Shown: positions 20,401 through 30,468, counted from the first letter of the stretch. The stretch is DNA of 64,000 nucleotides from Candidatus Versatilivorator sp. (GCA_965207735.1 OZ242296.1:4224001-4288000), one strand, 5' to 3'. The notes: generated from the sequence alone by a model not told the origin. Made by a program: numbers and translations.

Positions 20401-21923
20401 AGCAGTTGGAAGGACTCGAAAAATCCAACGACTTGGCCAACCACCCACAAATCAAACCGGAAACGGATGAGGAACTGATATCAGTACGAAGGTCGACGGC
20501 GTGGGAGGTTCTGCCGCACGCGGCGTTTTATCTGCCGTTTGAGTCGGCTGCTGCGGGTAGAGTGCACGTGGAGAGCTACGTCCTGTACTGCGATGTGCTG
20601 CTTCTGTTGACTTTGCTTGACGGTGCCGAGCGGATTCTCGATATCTTGGCTAGATGGGGAATTAGGGGAACGCCGTTCGTGGACCGATGGGGCTGGCGGT
20701 CGCGGATTCACCTGCCGCTCCAGGCATGGAAGTCCATTGAGTCGATCCTCCGCTGGAGCGCGTCGCCGGGGTCCAATATTACGTCATCCGGGAGGCAACT
20801 CGTCGATTCGCTGGCCCAGTACTCCCGCAAATATGTCTCCTGGGAGGATTTCCGTCCTGAGAGGATTGACATCGGTCTTTCTCCTCGACGGGATCTCGAC
20901 ATCGTTAGGACGGTCCGTCCGGCGGGCGAATTAATCGGCCCAGAGCTACCTCCCGAATTGCACATCGACGAGACTCAGATTATGGATGTGCTTGTCGCAC
21001 GTGTGGGGCAGGTGGCCGCATGGCCGAACAACGCGCACGTAGTTAGACGATTCCCGAGGATCCCGTCTACCATGGCGAACTTAATGATCGAACAGGTTGC
21101 CAATGTGTTCCTTGCGCCCGCGCAAGCCGTCGACGAAGCGGCTCCGCAATTGGTAGTCCTTCCGGAATTGTCAATTCCGCAGCAAGAAGTCGGGAGTCTA
21201 AGGGACTTGGTGAGAGCCGAGGGTAAAGGAGCAGTAGCGGGACTCTATTGGCGCGCGCTGAAACCTGCATTTCGGCCCTCAAGGCCTTCGACACCAACAC
21301 AGGCTTGGTTGGTAAACGAAGCCGAAGTTGTAGTACCCGTCGGCCGTGACAATGGACCGCCGACAGTCAGGTGGTTTCGTGTCCGAAAGCCGGTGTCTGC
21401 GCACACCGAAGACGGTCTAGCGAGGGCGCTATCGAAAGTGTCGGGGACAAGGTGGCGAATGCTGCGGGGTAACCAGTGGTTTCGATTTGTGCATCCGAAT
21501 TGGGGGGACTTTACAGTGGCGATCTGTGCGGACCTGATCGAATCGGCGCCCTGGAGGGCGTTTCGGGGTGAACTCTTACACCTTCTAATGGTGGCATTTA
21601 ACAAGGATGTCGACCTGTTTGACTCGCTGACATGGGTGCGTGCGTACGAAAACTACGTCAACGTCGTGTCTGTGAATCACGGTCGATTCGGCGGGTCGTT
21701 CCTGTGGACTCCACGCAGGACCCATGAGCGTGAGTTAGCGAGACTTCGCGGCGGCCACCTGGTGTTGACAGCCGACGTTCAGTTGCCGGTCAAGGAACTG
21801 CTGGGAGCACAGAAAGCGGGTACAGCGCAGGCGATCGAGGAATCCGCCAAGAAGTGGCGTAACGAAGCCTCAGTGGAGACGAAGTTCAAGACTCCGCCTC
21901 CTGGATTCCGTAGAATTTTGTAA
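17463..21923 (+). CDS. Reverse transcriptase-nitrilase fusion (UG/Abi class, DRT1-like); start 17463 or 17475
   Basis: RT: VPYPKK, TVRDQVA, FAFGNR, LDIELAYPSV, GIPTGL, VRFADDMYIL; nitrilase triad VVLPELS, VRKPVS, AICADL. Confidence 0.9.
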   Translation: MNVHMNSENNARKVAAVLAHPSILRGAWLRVDAWYKHGELAPQPELARWRLHPEAMLRDLAQRLREDDWKPELWRQVPYPKKGRCLRHYTMPTVRDQVAFMAHMVALGPILDQQFANFAFGNRWYRPIAWDRRQHPPRWVHRPYPVLTDRSYLSYARSHGLFRRVAHWTVARMTQATLPAEDSSGRMLRPEDYQDGTLPEWTKPEWWTGAVNSARAFWAYLDIELAYPSVRIERLALAMERALLQPVQLVQLEQLYDGCPEPVLKALAITDVRVEVGRRLTTTLGEITLDAGGIPPDAWSPPQGHDFPSVTTERFNGIPTGLIISGMLLNVALMEADRVIRRYLEQTSGKRRGAIVRFADDMYILSRSSEGLLSLVEAVHGALSGTEESSLAVPNEVSNICINLRKIKPDAVRGIIYKYLLDQGWTECGSNKCKQPLPPSTKESKSNQASSVRISDLGTALLPGGRFASEQEALERAAVEKGDVGPFVTRLVERLSDMGTDTLRQRFGEGARDHLARLHELARFDIEDEQVPPETRRTFAVNRLVRAWLPRSSELGEEDRELRQIRETIGFVLDRTPWKFAIWRALVRGAARRPLFEAKDNGIAAQEAAAWLCDRIRRIACATDSINSTTWLSAWPEIDRDDGHTAERTDEWQHLYLSFLRAVFWRSLAETVRELGRYAKPVEDDESTERVPSPFLWTARAVGDGRYGQAVDDLGRIDEWVEILYPAANDVKIDTWPWELDEFVGAVLAVHTTTELAQAWRSTKGPGSVLRVPESPRLEGMPKATRLLSRTGRLQQKGSRRNRKLDLWALANVQLGRWDQGLGSVLFPPSGKPRIRQAERNAQEAVAAGFSLGCFKWIGLRLANRAAPKMDEGAGAFDRNAFVLHDYDRARRVIVGQTTEAASRPTVHRLLWGRPTAARLNGWQMAQWEIPAVGLPLRVAAALFSVVRETATTVGWECSLGPLTWLIDDDAGVLVAGRCEQLEGLEKSNDLANHPQIKPETDEELISVRRSTAWEVLPHAAFYLPFESAAAGRVHVESYVLYCDVLLLLTLLDGAERILDILARWGIRGTPFVDRWGWRSRIHLPLQAWKSIESILRWSASPGSNITSSGRQLVDSLAQYSRKYVSWEDFRPERIDIGLSPRRDLDIVRTVRPAGELIGPELPPELHIDETQIMDVLVARVGQVAAWPNNAHVVRRFPRIPSTMANLMIEQVANVFLAPAQAVDEAAPQLVVLPELSIPQQEVGSLRDLVRAEGKGAVAGLYWRALKPAFRPSRPSTPTQAWLVNEAEVVVPVGRDNGPPTVRWFRVRKPVSAHTEDGLARALSKVSGTRWRMLRGNQWFRFVHPNWGDFTVAICADLIESAPWRAFRGELLHLLMVAFNKDVDLFDSLTWVRAYENYVNVVSVNHGRFGGSFLWTPRRTHERELARLRGGHLVLTADVQLPVKELLGAQKAGTAQAIEESAKKWRNEASVETKFKTPPPGFRRIL

Positions 21924-22171
21924 TCCGCTTAAGGTTAACGTGATGCGTCAACGGTGTGTACGAACACAATCAACTTAAGGGGATGCGGGCTGAGTCATAC
22001 GACGTGGGCGTAGGGTCGGTGCCGACTTTCGGCACCGAAAGAGCACCTCCCGTGGAACGCACTGCGGAGGTTCTCGATGTAAGTTGTTCCATACAAGCTC
22101 GTTAGATTGGCATTGTCACACCCCAGACTGAGGCAGAATCTGAGATAATAGCACCTGAGTAGAGGCAGGAC

Positions 22172-25100
22172 GTGACAGATCCAGTTTCCGATATAGACGA
22201 GACGCTTGCAACCTTGCGGATCAACAGGGACGCGCGGCGATCTGACGGGACGGCGTTCGAGGACGCGGTGCTTCGGCATGCCGAACACATTCCCGGCTGG
22301 GAAATCGCTCGGTGTTGGAGATACCCGGAGTGGCCGCATCGAATGTCGGTCGGTGTGCCGCTGCCGTCTCACGACGCCGGCATCGACCTTGTTGCCGTAA
22401 AGCATGATGGTTCGCGCGTCGCCATCCAGTGCAAGGCCCGTAGCGGTGGCGGGTCGGTAACGATAACGGAGGTGCAGAAGTTCGCGGGGGCTGCGCCGCC
22501 ATCGGTATTCGCGGAGCGCTGGTTCGTGGCGGAAGCCGGTCGGAGCGAGGCGACGGAGAAAGCGGCTGCAGTGGCACAGGTGACTTTCGTCGATTTCGAG
22601 ACGGCGCTGGCCGAAGCACTGGAGGATGCGCGGGAACGGGAGCGGGCAGCGACGGAACCTGATCCTCGAACGGCAATGCAGCAAGAGGCGGTGGCCGAAT
22701 GCGTGCAGGCGCTTCGCGCCGGTTTGCCGGAACACAAGGATCTCTGGGTCGGCAGCAATCCGAAAGAATGGATGCCTTCTGACGCGACGCGGGCGACGTT
22801 GGTGCTGCCGTGCGGCACCGGAAAGACCCGCGTATCGATGCGGATAATGTCAGAGTTGGCGGAGGCAGGTGACCTCGGCGTCGTGCTCGTGCCGAGCATC
22901 GCGCTTATAGCACAGGTGCGGCACGAGTACCTGTCGCACATCGGGTGTCCGGTGCGGACGCTGGCCGTGTGCAGCGACGCGACGGCGGGTCATGTCGATG
23001 TCGAGCGGGATCCGGATCTCGTGGTGGACCCCACTCGGGACACGGGACAGGTCCGCGCGGCCGATGTCGGTTGCCGGGTAGCGCAGAGCACCGCCGCGGT
23101 CGCGGATTGGCTTCGCACTGGCAGGGACTCGACCGACCTGCGTATCATCTTCTCGACGTACCAGTCAGCGCACCACGCGGCGGAGGCGCTACTGGCGGAG
23201 CGCCGGTTCGCGCAGGTCCTGATTCTGGACGAAGCTCACCGGACGGCCCAATTGCGGCCAGCTAAGAGCCAGCGACAGGCTGAGCGACTGCGAAGGTTCA
23301 CGCTGTGTCACGACCAGGATGCGTTCCCGGCCCGGTACCGTCTGTACCAGACGGCGACGCCCCGCGTCTACGATGCGAGCAATGCGAAGGTGGCCCGTAT
23401 CGACCGCACGAAGTGGATCGTGGCGAGCATGTCGGACGAGTCGATCTTCGGTCCGGTAGCCTACCGGCTTCCGTACCAGGAAGCGGTCAAGAAGGGCTTT
23501 CTGTCGGACTACCGGATCATCGCGATCGGAGTCGATGGGCGGGCATGGGCCGCGGCCAATCGGATTGTCCAGTTGTTCGAGCAGTCGAACGAGACGCGCG
23601 GGCTGACGACCCGAGAAGCGCTCTCCTGGCTGGTCTACGGTGTGACCCTGGCCGGGGGCGCGGTCGGAGACGATGGCAGCGTGCGCGTGAGCCGGTCGCT
23701 GGCGTTCCTGAACAAGGTCCAGCGTTCCAACCAGATGGTGAGGTGGCTCAACAGCGACGAGGGACGCGCAGAGATCGAGCGGTACTTTACCGAGGGCGGG
23801 GTTGAAGGGATCGGTCGGCAGTATGCCGTGGAGCATCTCGACGCCGGGCACCCCGTTCGCGAACGGCGGCGGGCGCTGCGCGATCTCGCGGCGGCGCATA
23901 CCGAGAAGCCACGCGGGATCGCGAACGTTGGTATCTTCGGCGAAGGAACCAATAGTCCGAGTCTCGATGCGGTGGCTCTGCTGGCTCCGCGCCGCAGCCC
24001 GACCGACGTGATCCAGATCGTCGGCCGGTGCATGCGCCGGGCGCCGGGAAAGCAATTCGGGTACGTAATCGTACCCGTTCCGTTGCCGCGGGGTATCGAC
24101 GCAGAGACGAGTCTATCGATGGATACGCTCGGCGACGAGTGGAAGGCGCTCGGTGAGGTTCTGCGGGCGCTACGAGCACACGATGGACGCATTGAGGACG
24201 AGATTTCAAGCCTGCTGCAGATCTACGTCCCGCCGGAGGCTGAGGAACCGGTTCGGCAGCCTGTGATCGTCAGGGACGGCGCTGTGACTCGCATGGGCGT
24301 TTGGAGTGGACCTCGGGGCCACGCCGAAGACGCCGTGGCGCGAGCGGAAGTGCCAGCGTGGCGTGAGCCTGCGGCGGGCGGGGCTCCTGTCACCGAGTAC
24401 TTGACGGAGGACAAGGGCTTCGCGTGGCAGGAGGCTCCGGCCACAGGCAGTGAGTCTGGGCGTTTCACCGACGGCCAGGCTGCCGACGATGAGAGGATGT
24501 TGGATGAGTCGCCGGTCGTGTTGGTCATCCAGCGCGGACGAGGCGGCGTCCATTGCACTGTGCAGGCTGCGGCGCGGTCCATGGAGCGGCATGGCGGCGT
24601 CGATGTGGCGAAAACCGTAGAGCGGGCGCGTGAGGCTGCCGAGTCACTCAACCCGCTGCCGAGGCGTCCCAGGCGGCGCGTCTCCCCGCGCGGTGGGTCC
24701 AAGAACGGCCGGTCGGCTGGGTTGTCGCCGACGCAGCGACTTCTAAAGCAGATCCGGCAGGATGGCGTAGGCCGGGATTTGCGTGTCGAAGTGATGGAGA
24801 AGTCCGGGCTACGCGGAAACGAGGTGCGCGACTTCAACCTGCTGATGGAGCCCGTCCAGCGCTCATCGGGGTATTTAAGTCGCGAGGGACTGGAGGGGCG
24901 ACTGCGTGCGGTGCTCGGCATGGAGCACTTGCAGTCCACCGACGCCTTTGCCGATGCGTGCACGGTCAGCGTGTTGTTACTGATGAACGCGGCACTGTTG
25001 CACGCACGGCTGGAGGACACGAAGGGTCAGGCGGCGGATCTGGCTCGTGTCGGGCGCCTTCACGACGTGGCCATCGGGAGCGAACCGGTCAAGGTACTGC

Positions 25101-27148
25101 GCGAGGCATGGACGGCCGTGCTGCGGTATGACTATGAGCCGGTGTTGCGGCCGGCACTCGATGTTCTTGAGGCGCTGGCTGCAGCGGACGCGCACGGCGG
25201 CGTCAACCAGGCGCTGCGAGCGGTCGCCGCCTGGGCCGAGGAGAACGCTGAGATCTACGTGTCAATGGGAATGGAGTATGCAGGTGAACTGTTCAGTCGC
25301 GTTCTGGGTAACCAGGCGTCCGACGGCGCGTTTTTCACACGTCAACCGGCCGCAAGGCTGCTCGCTGAATTGGCGCTTGACGGTACAGGCGAATCTGAAT
25401 GGACCGAGCGGCGGACATGGCAGCGACTCCGAATGGCGGATCTTGCGTGCGGTAGCGGAACTCTACTCAATGCGTATGTGGAGGCAGTCAAGGATCGGAT
25501 ACGCGAGGCCGGAGGCGACGAGCGAAGCGCCACGGAGTTCCACAAGTACGCTGTAGAGAGGCTCGTGACCGGTCTGGACATCAATCCTGTGTCCTTGCAA
25601 ATGGCGGCCGGCCGACTGACGCTAGGGAACCTCCAGGTCGATTACCGGAAGATGGGTCTCCGAGTTCTGCCGTATGGTCCCTTCGATGGCGACGCGGTAC
25701 GGCTCGGGTCGTTGGAGTTGTTAACCGACGAAGATGTGGTAGGGCCGGCACCGGCGACTACGGGCTCTGCGGAAAGGAAGGGACAGAGCGCGCTGTTCGA
25801 GTGGTCTACTGTGGACCCGGAGGTCGTGCAGGATGTTGAGGAGCGGCGGATCGTAATGATGAATCCGCCGTTCACTGCAAACGACAAAAAGGGCCGGAAG
25901 TTCACGCCGGAAGTCGTAAAGGCGCTTCAAAGGCGGGAGTTGCAGATCCGCGATCGGCTAGCGGTTAGCGATTTCGACGCGGCAAGCGTCATCGACGCGA
26001 ACAGCATAAGAACGATGTTCACGCCGCTCGCGGAAAAAGTCCTGTCCGAAAGTGACGGCGTTCTCGCCAAGATCATGCCGGTGACGGCCTGCACGGGAGC
26101 CTCCGGACTCGAAGAACGGCAGTTTCTCGCTTCTCGGTTCCACATCCACATGATCGTGTGCTGCCATGAGCCGCAGGAGCCGAATTTGTCTACTCACACG
26201 TCGATCAACGAGTGCCTGTTAATCGCGACGCGGCACGGGGCCGATTCCAGGCCAACCACCATGTTTGTCAACCTACGCCGCTTCCCGAAATCAGTGGAAG
26301 CTGTCCAGCACGTCGTAGCCGCGATCCGAGACCGGCGTGTCGACGAGGTGGGCACGCTATGCAAGTGGCCGGCCGATCGCGTGCGCGCCGGCGACTGGTC
26401 TCCTGTCCAGTGGTTCGATCCGAGGTTAGCCGAAGCGGCAACGGGACTTCGAGCTGCATCCGGTCTGTGCCGGCTGGATGTACTGTACAAGATGGGACCG
26501 GCCGGCCGACGTATCCGTGATGCGTTCGAGCGCGTGACGGACGGATCTTCGACGGCAAGCGATGTGGCTGTATTCGATTCGATCTCAAGCGACCTTCGCG
26601 TCTCGTTGGCCGGCGAGCCGGATGCTATGTGGCGGCCGAGACCCAGAAAGGAGCGCATGGTACGTTCATATCTTGCGCAGACGGGCTGGATGCTGCTGAT
26701 GAACCGTGCCGACACCCATGCGGCCTCGGTCGTGGGTGTGTGCGCTTTGGCGAAAGGCTTTGGGTCCGGCCTAATGCCAGTGGTGACGGAGACGCGCGAG
26801 CAGGCCAAGGCCCTAAGCGTTGTGTGGAACGGTACTCCCGTTCTCCTGCAATTGCTGAACATGCGCACCAAGAAGTTGACGTACCTGAACTGGTCGGTCG
26901 CGCAACTTGGATCGGTACGTGTCCCGGTAACGCTAGATGACGTGGGAGAGCAGGCTGCGCTGGTAGGTGTCTATGACCGTCTGTGTCGGGAGCAGCTGCA
27001 ACCCTGGACACACGCGGATATAGATCCCGTCCGGCGTGAGATCGACGCCGCCGTTGCCCAAGCATATGGGCTCTCGGAAAGTGTACTGGCGGATTGGCGC
27101 AAGTGGTTGGCGAAGGAGCCGACTATAGCCAACCGGAGTCCGGTCTAG
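22172..27148 (+). CDS. Single-chain RM enzyme: Mrr-like nuclease, SF2 helicase, N6-MTase, putative TRD (Type ISP-like)
   Basis: GIDLVA...AIQCK; PCGTGKT, DEAHRT, TATP, QIVGRCMR; GAFFT, DLACGSGTLL, MNPPF. Confidence 0.88.
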   Translation: MTDPVSDIDETLATLRINRDARRSDGTAFEDAVLRHAEHIPGWEIARCWRYPEWPHRMSVGVPLPSHDAGIDLVAVKHDGSRVAIQCKARSGGGSVTITEVQKFAGAAPPSVFAERWFVAEAGRSEATEKAAAVAQVTFVDFETALAEALEDARERERAATEPDPRTAMQQEAVAECVQALRAGLPEHKDLWVGSNPKEWMPSDATRATLVLPCGTGKTRVSMRIMSELAEAGDLGVVLVPSIALIAQVRHEYLSHIGCPVRTLAVCSDATAGHVDVERDPDLVVDPTRDTGQVRAADVGCRVAQSTAAVADWLRTGRDSTDLRIIFSTYQSAHHAAEALLAERRFAQVLILDEAHRTAQLRPAKSQRQAERLRRFTLCHDQDAFPARYRLYQTATPRVYDASNAKVARIDRTKWIVASMSDESIFGPVAYRLPYQEAVKKGFLSDYRIIAIGVDGRAWAAANRIVQLFEQSNETRGLTTREALSWLVYGVTLAGGAVGDDGSVRVSRSLAFLNKVQRSNQMVRWLNSDEGRAEIERYFTEGGVEGIGRQYAVEHLDAGHPVRERRRALRDLAAAHTEKPRGIANVGIFGEGTNSPSLDAVALLAPRRSPTDVIQIVGRCMRRAPGKQFGYVIVPVPLPRGIDAETSLSMDTLGDEWKALGEVLRALRAHDGRIEDEISSLLQIYVPPEAEEPVRQPVIVRDGAVTRMGVWSGPRGHAEDAVARAEVPAWREPAAGGAPVTEYLTEDKGFAWQEAPATGSESGRFTDGQAADDERMLDESPVVLVIQRGRGGVHCTVQAAARSMERHGGVDVAKTVERAREAAESLNPLPRRPRRRVSPRGGSKNGRSAGLSPTQRLLKQIRQDGVGRDLRVEVMEKSGLRGNEVRDFNLLMEPVQRSSGYLSREGLEGRLRAVLGMEHLQSTDAFADACTVSVLLLMNAALLHARLEDTKGQAADLARVGRLHDVAIGSEPVKVLREAWTAVLRYDYEPVLRPALDVLEALAAADAHGGVNQALRAVAAWAEENAEIYVSMGMEYAGELFSRVLGNQASDGAFFTRQPAARLLAELALDGTGESEWTERRTWQRLRMADLACGSGTLLNAYVEAVKDRIREAGGDERSATEFHKYAVERLVTGLDINPVSLQMAAGRLTLGNLQVDYRKMGLRVLPYGPFDGDAVRLGSLELLTDEDVVGPAPATTGSAERKGQSALFEWSTVDPEVVQDVEERRIVMMNPPFTANDKKGRKFTPEVVKALQRRELQIRDRLAVSDFDAASVIDANSIRTMFTPLAEKVLSESDGVLAKIMPVTACTGASGLEERQFLASRFHIHMIVCCHEPQEPNLSTHTSINECLLIATRHGADSRPTTMFVNLRRFPKSVEAVQHVVAAIRDRRVDEVGTLCKWPADRVRAGDWSPVQWFDPRLAEAATGLRAASGLCRLDVLYKMGPAGRRIRDAFERVTDGSSTASDVAVFDSISSDLRVSLAGEPDAMWRPRPRKERMVRSYLAQTGWMLLMNRADTHAASVVGVCALAKGFGSGLMPVVTETREQAKALSVVWNGTPVLLQLLNMRTKKLTYLNWSVAQLGSVRVPVTLDDVGEQAALVGVYDRLCREQLQPWTHADIDPVRREIDAAVAQAYGLSESVLADWRKWLAKEPTIANRSPV

Positions 27149-27389
27149 TTCGAGTTTACTTGACGATCGGCTCAAAGCCATACGGATGATGAAATTTCAT
27201 GGCCAAGACTGCCTGCCGTGCTTTCCCTCCACAGGCCCCGCTCACCTCTTCCAGTCACCCTTGCAGTTCCACCTCGTCGACGGTTAAGTGTTCCACATGG
27301 CGGCCTCGACGCCGTCGTGGAAAAGTTCGACCAAGCGGACGAGGACAGGCCGCCCTCGGCCGGAGCGGGATGGGTCGACGATTTCCGGC

Positions 27390-27803
27390 TCCGGGGGTCA
27401 AGGAAGTGGCGTCGTATGGGTGGCCACCTTTCAGACGGGGGGTGGCTCACACAGGTGGCGCACCAAGTGGCTCACGCACTTGACCAACACAACGCCTTTC
27501 TCTCAGAGGGCGAAGTCCTCCTCATTGTGGTCCAGGTTGTGCCCGGAAACCCGCATTGGAAGCGGGTTGGCAAGGATTCTCCGAATCCTCTTCGGCAAAG
27601 CTCCGTGCGGCGCCGGCTTGAGTTGTCCCCGCCTCGCACGGCGCGTCGTGGCGCCGCACAGGAGGGGGAGGAAGTGGAGGGAGCGACCCCCCCTTTTTGG
27701 CCGCTGGTGCGCCACGGGGGAGGGCAAAGGGGGACAGGGGTCCGGACACCCTTTGCCCCCCTTGCGGGGAGGTCGCTCTCACCACAGTGATCCCTACGGG
27801 AAG
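27390..27803 (-). repeat. Conserved hairpin-rich element, copy C (inverted)
   Basis: 27690-27803 is nearly the reverse complement of 10088-10200; 27390-27700 is close to copy D. Confidence 0.85.
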
Positions 27804-28126
27804 GTTGTCAGACAGGCTCGGGCAGCCGGGCACGATGGCTCTTGCTACCGACGGCCAGCGTCGGCAATGCAGCCGGGGTTGGATCGGATTTTTCGTTAGC
27901 CTTGAGCTGGTCCAGGTAATCGGCCCACAATTGCATCATCTCTCGCCTCTGCTGCAAATGAGCCGTGCGGTTGTAAGCCCGCCCAAGAGGATCTCGCACT
28001 ACATGTGCCAACTGGTGCTCAATGACGTCAGGACGAAAGCCCAGCACTTCATCGAGGTGGGTTCTTGCCATGGCCCGAAAGCCGTGCCCCGTCATTTCCT
28101 CCTTGCCAATGCCCATGCGCCTTAGG

Positions 28127-30055
28127 CCGAAGTTCCTGACCCACCGACAAGATAACTCCTTTATCTTCAATCATCAATCAGGAATCTCAGGTTGTCTTGC
28201 CTGGGAACATCCTGATGAGCTCGAAGGCCCTTTGCTGTAGCGGGGTCGGCTCGGTCAATCGCTGGACTCGCGGACCATCGGGTTCGGAGGGCAATCGGCA
28301 CTGGTGGCGGGCCCGCGTCGCCATCTGCGCCATCAACGTCTCCAGGCTCTGCAGCGGCAAGCCGTCCTCGGTGAGGCGTTTGCTCTTCTTCCGTTTGGCG
28401 GAGTCCGACGGCTGGGCCGCCAGCACCGGGTCTCGCCGTGCCCGTTCCGCTTCCAACTCCTCGTCATCGAACAGCAACGGAGCCAGGGCCAGCCGCAGAT
28501 GCCACTGAACGTAATAGGCCAGCAGGCACAGGAACAGATGAGCCCGCACCCGGCTCTCCACCCGATGACGGATGGGGCGGATGTGCAGGTCGACGGTCTT
28601 GAGGGAGCGGAAGGCCCGCTCCACCCGCGTCAGGTCCTTGTAGCGGCGCACCACCGCGGCTGTTGGCAGGCGATCGGCTGGCTCGCTGGTCCTCAGCATG
28701 TAGAACCCGTCCAGTTGCGCCTCCCGGATGATGGCGTCGGTGCGCCGTTCATAGTGGAAGGACCCGTCTGCGATCTGGGTCCGGAAGTGTTTGGCCACCT
28801 GGAAGCGGTTCTTGACCCGGCCGACTTTCTCGGCGATCTCGGTCGCCGACAAGGGCGTGCGGGTCCGTCTGGCCACCTGGCGGGCGATTCCGGCCAGCGC
28901 CTCCTCGGTGGCTGTCAGCAAAGCCTCCCGCTTCCGCCGCCGATGCTCGGCCAGCAGCGGGTTGTGGCAGACGATGAGCCTCTCGCCCGGATAGTCCGGG
29001 CTGCGGACTTCGGCCAGATGACGCTCGTCGAACAGGGAGAGCTGAACCGCCTCGCTCTCCACCAGACGGCGTATCTGGTGGTGGCGCAGGGCTGAGACCC
29101 ACCCCACTCCCGGATGACGCTTCAGATGGCTGATCTGCGTCTCGGTCAGCAGCCCGCGGTCCCCCACCAGCACCACCCGCTCCAGACCAAACCGACCCCG
29201 CACCTTCTCCACCTGATCCCCCACCGTGGTCGGATCCCCCGTGTTGCCGGCATAGGCCTGCACCGACAGCGGCCGCCCCATCTGGTCGGCCAGCACCCCG
29301 TAGACCACCATGGGCCGGTCCCGCCTGCCGTCCCGGTTGTGGCCGAACTGCATCAGCGAGCAGGTCTGGCCTTCGTAGTAACTGCTGCTGACGTCATAGA
29401 GCACCGCATCCCCTTCCGCCAGGTGCCGCTTGGCCAGCTTGCGCTCAATCCGGTCCTGACGCTCCAGCAACCAGTCCATGGCCTCATAGAGATCGTCCTC
29501 GTCGGTGTCCTCAAGGGACAGTTCCTCACCCAACGTGGTGGTGTGCCAAAGACGGGTGGTGGCCAGCTTGGAGGCCGGATAGAGCAGACGCTGCAGGATC
29601 ATGGCCAAGACCCGGTCCCGTTGGGGAGAGGGTCGGGAATCGATCAGCGCCGGCAGCTTCAGCTGCCGCACCACTTCCAGCAGCAACTCGACGTGGCCAT
29701 GAGGCAGGGAGCGTTCGATGGCGAAGAGTTGGTCGGGATGGACCAGGGGTTCGTTCTTGAGCACGCGCCGGAGGCGCTCGATCTTGTCCTTGGGCCAATG
29801 GGAGAGATTGGCCAGGGTGCGTTTATGGACCTTTTTACCCTCACGGCGGCCTTCGCGCAGGAGGATGGCAGGGGGAGAGTTGCGGTTGGGGACGGTTTCG
29901 ACGTACATGGGACTACGATATCACATACAACTATCATGTCAAGATAAATGCTAATCATATACATGGGAACAACACTCCACACGCCTCAATCCTCTTCCCC
30001 AAGAAAACAAATGGCTTAAGGCGATTTTTTGGGTGTAAAATGGGAGGAACTTCGG
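28127..30055 (-). mobile_element. IS1634-family insertion sequence
   Basis: Terminal IRs CCGAAGTTCCT/AGGAACTTCGG; 6-bp target duplication CTTAGG at 28121-28126 and 30056-30061. Confidence 0.93.
28187..29908 (-). CDS. IS1634-family DDE transposase
   Basis: MYVETVPNRNSPPAILLREG, LYDVSSSY, VGDRG, VERAFRSLK, IRHR. Confidence 0.93.
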   Translation of the reverse strand: MYVETVPNRNSPPAILLREGRREGKKVHKRTLANLSHWPKDKIERLRRVLKNEPLVHPDQLFAIERSLPHGHVELLLEVVRQLKLPALIDSRPSPQRDRVLAMILQRLLYPASKLATTRLWHTTTLGEELSLEDTDEDDLYEAMDWLLERQDRIERKLAKRHLAEGDAVLYDVSSSYYEGQTCSLMQFGHNRDGRRDRPMVVYGVLADQMGRPLSVQAYAGNTGDPTTVGDQVEKVRGRFGLERVVLVGDRGLLTETQISHLKRHPGVGWVSALRHHQIRRLVESEAVQLSLFDERHLAEVRSPDYPGERLIVCHNPLLAEHRRRKREALLTATEEALAGIARQVARRTRTPLSATEIAEKVGRVKNRFQVAKHFRTQIADGSFHYERRTDAIIREAQLDGFYMLRTSEPADRLPTAAVVRRYKDLTRVERAFRSLKTVDLHIRPIRHRVESRVRAHLFLCLLAYYVQWHLRLALAPLLFDDEELEAERARRDPVLAAQPSDSAKRKKSKRLTEDGLPLQSLETLMAQMATRARHQCRLPSEPDGPRVQRLTEPTPLQQRAFELIRMFPGKTT

Positions 30056-30468
30056 CTTAGGGCGGCCAGAACGGCATTCTCGCTCATGGGTCGGTCTCCT
30101 CTGGGAGTCCGACCGCTCGGAAAGACATAGCGTCCCTGTCCGGTCAACGGGTAGAGTTCGCGCAGAACCCCCACCGCCTGGCGGGAAAGGGGCACCAGAT
30201 GCTGGGAATCGGTCTTGATGACGGTGAAGCGCCATTCGGCCGTTTCCAGGTCGATATCGGACCATTCGGCTCGGCGGAGTTCGCCGGGCCGGACGAAAAC
30301 CAATGGGGTCAGTCTGAGGGCACAGCGCACAATCAGTGATCCCTCGTAGCCGTCCAGGACTCTCAGCAATGGGCCAATTTTCTTGGGATCGGTCAGGGCA
30401 GCGAAGTGCCCTCCCTTCACAGGTGGCAAGGCACCTCGCAAGACCTGGAGGCTACTGTAGATGTTTCG

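Larger units (their letters stand above)
27808..30441 (-). pseudogene. IntA/P4-type integrase, 5'-truncated and interrupted by IS1634
   Basis: FVRPGELR...PMSENAVLAAL|RRMG...HGFRAMART...EHQLAH...AYNRT rejoins in frame after IS removal; arm domain missing. Confidence 0.9.

Noticed and set aside
17463-21923. Group II intron, retron or DGR RT
   Set aside because: No intron domain V, retron VTG motif or TR/VR pair seen; the nitrilase fusion points to UG/Abi RTs
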